Source: an uncultured virus (IMG/VR IMGVR_UViG_3300022928_000007) (Duplodnaviria; Heunggongvirae; Uroviricota; Caudoviricetes). From it: a DNA stretch of 20,000 bases. The stretch lies in the IMG/VR virus record IMGVR_UViG_3300022928_000007; one strand, given 5' to 3'. The notes below the pieces were generated by a model. That model was given only the letters and a program-made list of their open reading frames with translations, did no database searches and was not told where the DNA came from. Made by a program: the position numbers and the translations under genes. The first letter of the stretch is position 1, and each line of letters starts with the position of its first letter. Below, piece by piece: positions 9,159-16,756 of this stretch.

Positions 9159-9515
9159 TTAGTCTTTAGTTGCCACTAAAAAGTTAATATCGGTGATTAT
9201 CTTAGCTCTTGACTTTAGACCGTTAGAATATGTCACTTCAACATAATCATTATCAAGGTAATGTTTCCACACACCATGTTTTACTCCATTCTTAAACTTA
9301 CCTATAACTAATAAGTTTCCACTTTTGTCATATTGTTTCCATATACCAATATGTTTACCATTTTCATTGTATGTCCCTTCTTCTAATATTATTCCTGTTT
9401 CAGATGTTTTTGTATAGACAATATTATTGTCAAAATCTCTAACATATGTTTTTTGTTCTTGAGACAGTACACTTATTGAAAATAACATAGACATAATTAA
9501 TAATAAATTTCTCAT
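9159..9515 (-). CDS. Secreted MORN-variant repeat (YwqK-like) protein
   Basis: Signal peptide MRNLLLIMSMLFSISVLSQ, then repeats EEGTYNENGKHIGIWKQYDKSG and GKFKNGVKHGVWKHY. Confidence 0.75.
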   Translation of the reverse strand: MRNLLLIMSMLFSISVLSQEQKTYVRDFDNNIVYTKTSETGIILEEGTYNENGKHIGIWKQYDKSGNLLVIGKFKNGVKHGVWKHYLDNDYVEVTYSNGLKSRAKIITDINFLVATKD

Positions 9516-9590
9516 AATTATTGTTATTTAGATTAGGTTTATTTTATACCACTTCAGTGATAAAATATGTTACTCATTTTAATATTTCAA

Positions 9591-9634
9591 TAACTGTTTG
9601 GTAACAGTTTGGTAACATTTAGTTAACAATAAAT
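9591..9634 (-). repeat. Four 11-bp-period direct repeats (TAAC at 9591, 9602, 9613, 9624), putative response-regulator binding array
   Basis: TAACTGTTTGG TAACAGTTTGG TAACATTTAGT TAACAATAAAT, which reads (T/A)GTTA-N6 four times on the minus strand. Confidence 0.75.
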
Positions 9635-9688
9635 ATAGTTAAAATTGATAATATGTCTATAAAATCATTCATTTTAAACTCCTTTGTA

Positions 9689-9696
9689 TATTTATA
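9689..9696 (+). promoter_or_regulatory. TATTTATA motif, candidate late promoter
   Basis: 13 nt upstream of ATG 9710. Confidence 0.55.
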
Positions 9697-9709
9697 ATAA
9701 AAAAATATT

Positions 9710-9922
9710 ATGAAAAAAATTTTAGATTTTATTAAAAATGTTTACAATTTAGTTAAGAATTGGATTGTTGGAAACGGTATCGAAGGTGTAGTTGGGCTAA
9801 TTGCAGGTTTATTACTATGGTCATTCGGTTATAAGATTTATGCAGGTTTCGCATTTGGTGTATTTGCAACCAGAAATTGGGAACTACTTAAATCTTGGGT
9901 AATTAAGAAGATTGGTAAATAA
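9710..9922 (+). CDS. Small membrane protein (holin-like candidate)
   Basis: 70 aa, Gly-rich hydrophobic core flanked by amphipathic basic helices. Has its own upstream motif and terminator. Confidence 0.65.
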   Translation: MKKILDFIKNVYNLVKNWIVGNGIEGVVGLIAGLLLWSFGYKIYAGFAFGVFATRNWELLKSWVIKKIGK

Positions 9923-9927
9923 GAAAT

Positions 9928-9956
9928 AAAAAACCTCACTTCGGTGGGGTTTTTTT
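9928..9956 (+). terminator. Rho-independent terminator with cUUCGg tetraloop
   Basis: AAAAAACCTCAC-TTCG-GTGGGGTTTTTTT immediately after stop 9922. The A-tract on the other side makes it potentially bidirectional. Confidence 0.9.
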
Positions 9957-9966
9957 ATGGTTTACA

Positions 9967-9997
9967 TTTGCTTTTTGAATATTTTTTACTATGTTTG
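9967..9997 (+). promoter_or_regulatory. Bacteroidota housekeeping-sigma promoter (-33/-7)
   Basis: TTTG (9967-9970), N19, TATGTTTG (9990-9997). Exact match to TTTG-N19-21-TAnnTTTG, 15 nt before ATG 10013. Confidence 0.75.
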
Positions 9998-10012
9998 TAA
10001 AAAAGAAAAATT

Positions 10013-10930
10013 ATGTTATCATATATCGGAGGTAAAAGTAGAATAGGTAAATGGATAGTAGAGTACTATCCAACAGACATGGAGGTCTATTTAGAAACAT
10101 TTGGAGGAATGTTTTGGTGTTTTTATAATATGGACTTAGATTTATATCCTAATCTTAAGAAAGTGGTTTATAATGATTTTAATCCACTAAACTATAATTT
10201 GTTTCTTTGTATTCAGAATCCAACAGAATTACTTAAAGCTGTTGAAAATATACCTTGTCAACAAAAAGGGGTTTATCCAACGCCACCAATGTATAAAGAT
10301 TTATTTAATGAGTTTCAGAAAGAAATATTTGCAGACTCGTATACTACAATCAAAAAACCTAATTATGAATTGGCCGCTAAATATGCTTATGTTCTAACTC
10401 AAGTTTTTAGTGGTAGTAAACCTGAAACATCAAGTTTCATTGACCTTAAAGGGAAGTATAAATCAAAATACTTAACATTTAGAGATAAATTAAAGAATGA
10501 TAAGTGGGTTAAAAAATTCTTAGCGGTCACTCACGTTGAGAATATGGATTTTGATGACGTAATTGAAAAATATGATTCACCAACAACGTATATATATTTA
10601 GACCCACCGTATTGGAAAACTGAAAATTATTATTCTAATCATGATTTTGACCGAAATGACCATGAAAGACTTGCCAACACCTTGCAAAATGTAAAAGGTA
10701 AATTTTCATTATCTTACTACGACTTTGACCTTTTACATACTTGGTTTCCTAAAACTAAATTCGCTTGGGCGGAAAAAGATTTTGCTAAAGCTGCTGCGGC
10801 ATCTAAAGGTAAAAAACAAAATAAAGGTACTGAGTTATTGATTATGAATTATACTATAAAAGGTATAACATCGTTTGAAGTTAAAACAGAAAATGAAATC
10901 AATAGAGGTCAACTTTCTTTAGACCTATAA
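10013..10930 (+). CDS. D12-class N6-adenine DNA methyltransferase (Dam-like family)
   Basis: N-terminal YIGGKS, ETFGG motif I variant, VYNDFN, catalytic YLDPPY, KGKFSLSY and C-terminal ELLIMNY. Confidence 0.9.
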   Translation: MLSYIGGKSRIGKWIVEYYPTDMEVYLETFGGMFWCFYNMDLDLYPNLKKVVYNDFNPLNYNLFLCIQNPTELLKAVENIPCQQKGVYPTPPMYKDLFNEFQKEIFADSYTTIKKPNYELAAKYAYVLTQVFSGSKPETSSFIDLKGKYKSKYLTFRDKLKNDKWVKKFLAVTHVENMDFDDVIEKYDSPTTYIYLDPPYWKTENYYSNHDFDRNDHERLANTLQNVKGKFSLSYYDFDLLHTWFPKTKFAWAEKDFAKAAAASKGKKQNKGTELLIMNYTIKGITSFEVKTENEINRGQLSLDL

Positions 10931-10983
10931 TTACATACACTTCTTATACAATATAAAAAATAGAATATTTTTAATTTATAACA

Positions 10984-10991
10984 TATTTATA
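10984..10991 (+). promoter_or_regulatory. TATTTATA motif, candidate late promoter
   Basis: Overlaps the track ATG at 10991 and lies 17 nt upstream of in-frame ATG 11009. Confidence 0.5.
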
Positions 10992-11008
10992 TGAAAACGA
11001 ATAGAGAT

Positions 11009-12337
11009 ATGAAGTTTAATAAAATCATTAAAAGTATTATAGTAGAACAGGGTCGTTATGAGATTCTGAAAAAAACCTATACTCAACCTAAAAAAAAAGG
11101 TGAGAAGGTTAAGCCCGCAAAAATGTCACTTGAACAACTTAACAAAATAGTTTTAGCTGACCCAACCACTCGAAGAGACGGTGAAAATATTAAAAAGGCA
11201 GGAAAATACGTAAATTGGATTATAAAACAATTTTTACAGATTGAACCAAAAATAGAGTCTCAATATGGTTCGCCTCAATTCAAAAAAGATTTAAAGGAGA
11301 AAACTGATTTGTTTTTTGAGGATTTGTATAAAACTACTGAAGATTTAACTAAATTTGATAGATTTAAAGGCCAACTAGATAGTGAATTAAGAGATATAAA
11401 CAAATTAACTATTGATACTTTATTTAATTCAGTTAAAGACTTTAGTTTAGAAAAAGCCACGACTACTAAAGCTGAAAGAAAAAAGATGGATGTACATCCA
11501 GGGGCTGAACAAGTCTATAGCGGTTCTAAATATGATGTTTATATGATTGAAGACCAAGGAGACCTTGGTAAAGAAGCCGCATGTTTCTATGGGGGACAAA
11601 ATAAAGAAACACGTTGGTGTACATCAGCACCTGGTCTCTCATATTTTAACACTTACATTAAGCAAGGTCCTTTATACGTATTAATTGATAAGACTGACAC
11701 CGAAGTAGGTGATGTGTCAGGATTACCAAAACATAGATATCAATTCCATTTCCCAAGTAATCAGTTTATGGATATTAATGATAGACAAATTAATCTAGTG
11801 GAATTTTTACTTGGAGAAGAGGAAGGGTTAAGAGAGTTCTTTAAACCTGAATTTATGAAGGGACTATCTAGTGCGGACGGAACAGAGGTTACGGTTGAAT
11901 ACCCAAGAGATGCCGCTTCAAAGTTTATTGCCTTATATGGGTTTGATAAATTCTTTGAAGATTTACCTAATAATTTAGGTAGGTTAGATTTTATTAAAGG
12001 AAGTTCAGGTAGGTATGGTCAACAAGATAATAAAGACCTTAACATAAAAATACCAGAAAGTATTGGTAGATTCAAAAATATGTACGCATTACACCTTGAC
12101 GGTATATTAGATGAGTTACCTTCAAGTATATCAAACTTAGAAGACTTAATGTTTTTATCACTTCCTAATAATAAAAACCTTAAATCATTACCTAAAGAAA
12201 TGGCGGAAAAGAATGGTGATGATTACAAAATGAAAAATTTAGCAGTTATAACTCTGGCAGGAACTAACCCTAATATAGAAATTCCTGAAGAGGTTCAAAA
12301 AATGATTGACGAAAAAGGTATCAAAGTTTTTAAGTAA
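11009..12337 (+). CDS. Phage protein with ACxYG...TxWC domain and C-terminal leucine-rich repeats (start revised from 10991)
   Basis: AACFYGGQNKETRWCTS...YFNTYIKQGPLYVLIDK domain. LRRs IPESIGRFKNMYALHL, LPSSISNLEDLMFLSLPNN, LKSLPKEM. Confidence 0.7.
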   Translation: MKFNKIIKSIIVEQGRYEILKKTYTQPKKKGEKVKPAKMSLEQLNKIVLADPTTRRDGENIKKAGKYVNWIIKQFLQIEPKIESQYGSPQFKKDLKEKTDLFFEDLYKTTEDLTKFDRFKGQLDSELRDINKLTIDTLFNSVKDFSLEKATTTKAERKKMDVHPGAEQVYSGSKYDVYMIEDQGDLGKEAACFYGGQNKETRWCTSAPGLSYFNTYIKQGPLYVLIDKTDTEVGDVSGLPKHRYQFHFPSNQFMDINDRQINLVEFLLGEEEGLREFFKPEFMKGLSSADGTEVTVEYPRDAASKFIALYGFDKFFEDLPNNLGRLDFIKGSSGRYGQQDNKDLNIKIPESIGRFKNMYALHLDGILDELPSSISNLEDLMFLSLPNNKNLKSLPKEMAEKNGDDYKMKNLAVITLAGTNPNIEIPEEVQKMIDEKGIKVFK

Positions 12338-12387
12338 ATCATTGAAATTCTGTTATATTTCATTTAGTTTTATTTAAAATTACTATT

Positions 12388-12675
12388 ATGTCAAACATAG
12401 ATGTTGAAATATATTTCTCACAATTCAAAACTTTTTTTGTTGAAAACCCTAAAGAATTAAGAAAATTAATAGGGAGAGCTTCTGACGAAGAGTTTTTTAA
12501 TGAAGTTTATCTTGAGATAAATAATAATCACGAAAGAGGTGAGGAAGTAGTATTAACACAAAAACAAATAATAGAAATAGTTCTAAAAATTAATAAATCA
12601 AAACCTAAAGACATTAATGATACTGTAGATAGTATTTTCCAAAAAACTGATTTTGGTTTGATTTGTTTGAATTGA
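12388..12675 (+). CDS. Hypothetical protein
   Basis: 95-aa ORF preceded by ATTG-N20-TAGTTTTA (12341-12372). Confidence 0.7.
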   Translation: MSNIDVEIYFSQFKTFFVENPKELRKLIGRASDEEFFNEVYLEINNNHERGEEVVLTQKQIIEIVLKINKSKPKDINDTVDSIFQKTDFGLICLN

Positions 12676-12752
12676 TATCTTATCCATACCCTTTATTTAT
12701 TTTTCTAATTATTTATTTTGAATATATAATAAACTAATAATTTATATGATAA

Positions 12753-14186
12753 ATGTACTGTAGAGATAATAGTTATAGTGATGGTATCGACAGATTTATA
12801 GTTATTACTGTCGCTACAGAAAATAACAAAGAATTAGACCGATTTAGAGAATCGTGTCATATTAATAATATACCCTACAAGATTATTGGTTTAGGTCAAG
12901 AATGGACAGGAGGTGAGGCTAAAGATGGGGTATTGTTACAACCTGGAGGAGCACAAAAAATAAATCTTCTTAAGAAAGAATTAGAGGATTATCCTAATTT
13001 ATCTAATCACATAATTTTATTTACAGATTCATATGATGTAATAATTAATTCAACACCAAGTGAAATAGTTAGTAAATTTAGGACTATGAAATCACCCGTA
13101 GTATTTTCAGCTGAAAAAACTTGTTGGCCGAAAAAAGATTTACAAAATAAGTACCCACCATCAACTACGGAGTATAAATTTTTAAATTCAGGAGGATTTA
13201 TTGGTTACGGAGACCACATAATTAAAATTGTAAATAAAATTGATGTAAGCAATGATTACGATGACCAACTATATTACACTGAAAGATACTTTGAGTCTTT
13301 AGCTGAAGATAAGAATATCATTTTAGATAATAATCAAAATATATTTCAAACCCTTAATGAATCCTTAGATGATGTTTTGGTGAAGGACGGTAAAGTTTTT
13401 AACAGAATAACAAATACGTATCCTTTAATAATTCATGGAAATGGTGGTTCGTCAATAAAAAATGTCCTAAATGATTATTACCGCAGGTTATTTGATAAAG
13501 ATGTTACAACTATAAATTATTTTAAGAAGGAAGATGACTTGGAGGATTTTGAGGATAATGTTAATATAGGATTATTTCTTGATGAGGAAGTCCCTAACAT
13601 TAATCAAACTTTCGACCACATTAGATTTTTAAAATACCCTAAAGATAAAATATCCCTCACAATATATTATTCTGATAACACACACAAGTATGATATTGAT
13701 TTGTTTGAGAAAAAATATTCACATATTTTTAAAGAGTTTTATGTAAAATTTAATGACGATGGTAAAATAAAGTCACGAAAAGACTTTTTGATTAATTCTT
13801 ATGGTCTGTCTGATTATACAGTTTTAATGGAATCAAATCACATTTTTAGAAATAATAAATCTTTAGGGTTGATTATCAAAGAGTGTGAAGGTATAATAAC
13901 TCCTATGATTCATAAAGAAGGTAGTGATTGGGTTAATTTTGATTGTGAAAAGACTAAAAAGGATTCTTACAGGACTTATGAAACTAAAGGAATATGGGAG
14001 GTAAATTATCTTTACGGTATACACGTCATAAAAAATGATTTAATTCCTTACTGTGTAAATTCTTTATATATTAATTACGATAACTATACAGACCCTAATT
14101 GGGACATTATGTTGTGTGATAATTTAAAAAGTAGAGGGGAAACTCTACAAATTTCAAATACAAACTATTACGGAGGAATTATATAA
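12753..14186 (+). CDS. PLOD/LH3-type glycosyltransferase (GT plus accessory domain, no hydroxylase domain)
   Basis: VITVAT, GLGQEWTGG, GGAQKINLLK, ILFTDSYDV, VVFSAEKTCWP, FLNSGGFIGY, DDQLYYT, IFQTLN and IIHGNG follow the PLOD GT domain in order. LKYPKDKISL matches the accessory domain. Confidence 0.85.
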   Translation: MYCRDNSYSDGIDRFIVITVATENNKELDRFRESCHINNIPYKIIGLGQEWTGGEAKDGVLLQPGGAQKINLLKKELEDYPNLSNHIILFTDSYDVIINSTPSEIVSKFRTMKSPVVFSAEKTCWPKKDLQNKYPPSTTEYKFLNSGGFIGYGDHIIKIVNKIDVSNDYDDQLYYTERYFESLAEDKNIILDNNQNIFQTLNESLDDVLVKDGKVFNRITNTYPLIIHGNGGSSIKNVLNDYYRRLFDKDVTTINYFKKEDDLEDFEDNVNIGLFLDEEVPNINQTFDHIRFLKYPKDKISLTIYYSDNTHKYDIDLFEKKYSHIFKEFYVKFNDDGKIKSRKDFLINSYGLSDYTVLMESNHIFRNNKSLGLIIKECEGIITPMIHKEGSDWVNFDCEKTKKDSYRTYETKGIWEVNYLYGIHVIKNDLIPYCVNSLYINYDNYTDPNWDIMLCDNLKSRGETLQISNTNYYGGII

Positions 14187-14228
14187 TTCTTCTTTTTTTA
14201 TTAATTATTTTTTACTATTTTTGTGTTT

Positions 14229-15875
14229 ATGGATAAACGTGAAAATTTACATTACAAAAAAGTTATAGACTCTTATAGTATTGATTACTTTAGAGGTTAT
14301 AACCGTATTAATGATAGATTTGAAACATATTCTGTACCTAAGTATGGTCATTGGGCTCATATTGATAAAAAGAGTGTCGATGAAAAAGAGTTTAAGGATA
14401 ATTACGCTAATCAACAAGTTGCAGTTGAAAGTACAAAATACATAATAGTAATTGAAGAGTTTAGTAATAAAATTTCATTAAAATTATATTCAACATTCCG
14501 AGCTCGTTCAGTAGGTGCAAAGTTTTTTAGAGTTAGAAAGGAATTATTATTTGTTACATACAATTTAAAGTTTAATAATTTTTATACTGGTATTGTAAAC
14601 AAAAAAAATAAAAAATTAATTAATAAGAGAGTTCGCGTTAATGATTTTTATAATCATCCTTTTAGTCGTATTGGTTTAGAAATAAGAAAAGTACTAAGAG
14701 ACAGTTCACTAAAAAATGGTGGTAATATAGATGTTATACCTAATATGACAAAGATAAATGATTTATCGGATAACATCATGAATATATTTTTAAACGCTAT
14801 AATGGAAAAATGTGAAGTTAAATGTGATATTAGGAGTAAAGACCACGAGGAAAGGTTTTTTCAACTATTTTTAGAATGTAATAAATTTAAGTATCCTAAT
14901 AATTACAAAGAATACTCAAAATTACGTATACCTAAAAAACTACTTAAAAAACAAATTAATTTAGTTTCATCATTTATGTCTACTAATTCTTTATATGGAA
15001 AAAAAGTACGAAAGTTTTTAAATAGTGGTGATAATATAGATTTTAATAAGTTAGTTAATCTCTATCGGTTGTTAGGAGTAGATTATTTTAACCTCTTAAA
15101 TGATAGTGTATTTTCAAAAAACGATTTACAATACTATGATTCTTTTAAAGTTAACGAATTAGATTTTAGTTTAAATTTATCAAACACAATGAAAACGAGG
15201 ATAGTGAACGTGATAAATCAAGGACTTAGACTTAATTTACTTACAGACCATTTAAGGATGGTTAGTGACTTGAGAGAAAAACATAATTATATATTTAAAT
15301 GTCATTTTAAAAATATAGATGAATTTAGTAATGAACATTATGATTTATCAGAGTTATTACAGTCTTATAATACAGGGGTAATTAACAGAAATTATGGTGA
15401 TGAGGTTAATTCATGTATCGAAAATACGATAAGTGATTTAGTTGGTATTGAGTATTATCCAAAAGTATTAACTAATACTAAAGAGTATAATGAAGAATCA
15501 CAAATTCAAAAAAATTGTGTAAGAACTTACTCCGAAAAATCAAATAATATTATAATATCACTTAGATGTGGTAATATTAATAGTAATAATCGTGCAACTA
15601 TTGAATATCGTTTTACTAAAAACAATATAGAAAGAGTACAATCTTTAGGAGGTAAAAACCATCAATTAAGTAATATGTGGAAAGTACCTTTAGATATTTT
15701 AGATGAGAGAGTTAAAACCTTATATAAAAATAAAATATTAAATCCTCCTCATTTGTTTAAAGAATACAAAAGTGGTTTAGTAATTGAAAGACGCGCAGTA
15801 TTAGATGGTGATTATGTAGTATGGGATAACATCGATGATTTACAAGAAAATGAAATTATGGATTTACCATTTTAA
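14229..15875 (+). CDS. PcfJ-like domain protein (start probably ATG 14229 rather than GTG 14223)
   Basis: C-terminal YNEESQIQKNCVRTY...IISLR...RATIEY...RVQSLG..N fits the PcfJ pattern. Ends in DLPF. TATTTTTG (-7-like) at 14216-14223. Confidence 0.7.
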   Translation: MDKRENLHYKKVIDSYSIDYFRGYNRINDRFETYSVPKYGHWAHIDKKSVDEKEFKDNYANQQVAVESTKYIIVIEEFSNKISLKLYSTFRARSVGAKFFRVRKELLFVTYNLKFNNFYTGIVNKKNKKLINKRVRVNDFYNHPFSRIGLEIRKVLRDSSLKNGGNIDVIPNMTKINDLSDNIMNIFLNAIMEKCEVKCDIRSKDHEERFFQLFLECNKFKYPNNYKEYSKLRIPKKLLKKQINLVSSFMSTNSLYGKKVRKFLNSGDNIDFNKLVNLYRLLGVDYFNLLNDSVFSKNDLQYYDSFKVNELDFSLNLSNTMKTRIVNVINQGLRLNLLTDHLRMVSDLREKHNYIFKCHFKNIDEFSNEHYDLSELLQSYNTGVINRNYGDEVNSCIENTISDLVGIEYYPKVLTNTKEYNEESQIQKNCVRTYSEKSNNIIISLRCGNINSNNRATIEYRFTKNNIERVQSLGGKNHQLSNMWKVPLDILDERVKTLYKNKILNPPHLFKEYKSGLVIERRAVLDGDYVVWDNIDDLQENEIMDLPF

Positions 15876-15878
15876 CTT

Positions 15879-15910
15879 ATTGACATAATAAAAATATTAT
15901 ACTATGTTTA
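15879..15910 (+). promoter_or_regulatory. Host-type promoter candidate
   Basis: ATTG-N20-TATGTTTA, also readable as TTGACA-N17-TATGTT. Shares TACTATGTTT with the methyltransferase promoter. Confidence 0.55.
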
Positions 15911-15947
15911 CTACAAAATAAATTCTATAATTAAATACTAAAAAAAA

Positions 15948-16145
15948 ATGTCAAAATTAAGAAGAAGAGTAATATACACAGATATTAGATGGGAAGAAAC
16001 AGAACCACTAACTGAAGAGCAAATTAAAAAATGGAAATCAGACGATGAAGAACTCCAAGAGGAAGTTATGGATGAGGTAGAGTTTGATTTAGTTAACGAT
16101 AAGGCCTTAGAAGATTCTGATTGGCCCGAATTAATAGAAGAATAA
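15948..16145 (+). CDS. Small very acidic protein
   Basis: 65 aa, E/D-rich, first gene after the promoter. Confidence 0.65.
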   Translation: MSKLRRRVIYTDIRWEETEPLTEEQIKKWKSDDEELQEEVMDEVEFDLVNDKALEDSDWPELIEE

Positions 16146-16155
16146 AAATAAAGAT

Positions 16156-16755
16156 ATGGCAAATAATTTAAAAAGTTTCGTTAAAGTTAATGCTAACGAA
16201 AAAACGGTAAAATTTATTGATTCTTTAATCGATAAAATTAATGATAATGACAATGATAGTTCTATAACTGCATTCGCAAAGGCATTCTACAACAATGTAG
16301 AGTTAGGTGAAAGTGGAGGTGTGATGAATTCGTGGTCGTTGGATAATCTTGGTTCTAAATGGACCACTTTGTACGATGTTCAAGATGAGGCTGAGTTCTC
16401 AATAGAATCTGCTTGGTATCCACCAAAAGAATTTTTTATACATCTATATAACTTATGTGTAGAATTAGATGAAAATGTTGAAATTGAAGTTACTTACGAA
16501 GATGAAACATATAGTCCAATTGGTGCGATTTTAATTAAGAAAGATAATGAAGGAACTCCTTGTATGTGGGTCGAAGAAGATGATGATATTGAGAATCCAC
16601 TTGAGGATATGGATTGGGACGATGAGGAATATGATACAAAATCTGAGGAGTTTTATGATAGTATTTATGAGAATCAACAATCACTATTGGCGTTATGTCA
16701 TGAATTAGTATTAACAGATGGGGAACCAATATTAGAAAAAGAAGAAGTAGAATAA
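16156..16755 (+). CDS. YubB/DUF1281-like ferredoxin-fold protein
   Basis: WSLDNLGSKW...FSIESAWYPP...EVTYEDE resembles the W..NWGTKW...F.TAW.PP...Y.E family pattern. Confidence 0.6.
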   Translation: MANNLKSFVKVNANEKTVKFIDSLIDKINDNDNDSSITAFAKAFYNNVELGESGGVMNSWSLDNLGSKWTTLYDVQDEAEFSIESAWYPPKEFFIHLYNLCVELDENVEIEVTYEDETYSPIGAILIKKDNEGTPCMWVEEDDDIENPLEDMDWDDEEYDTKSEEFYDSIYENQQSLLALCHELVLTDGEPILEKEEVE

Positions 16756-16756
16756 T

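Noticed and set aside
9159..9515. YwqJK toxin-antitoxin module
   Set aside because: There is no adjacent toxin gene and the protein has a signal peptide. Only the repeat fold is shared.
9591..9634. Repeats as a CRISPR array or replication iterons
   Set aside because: The units are 11 bp, contiguous and without spacers, and no cas or rep gene is nearby.
10013..12337. Methyltransferase plus downstream gene as a restriction-modification pair
   Set aside because: The downstream protein shows no recognisable nuclease motif and has its own upstream motif, so the MTase looks orphan.
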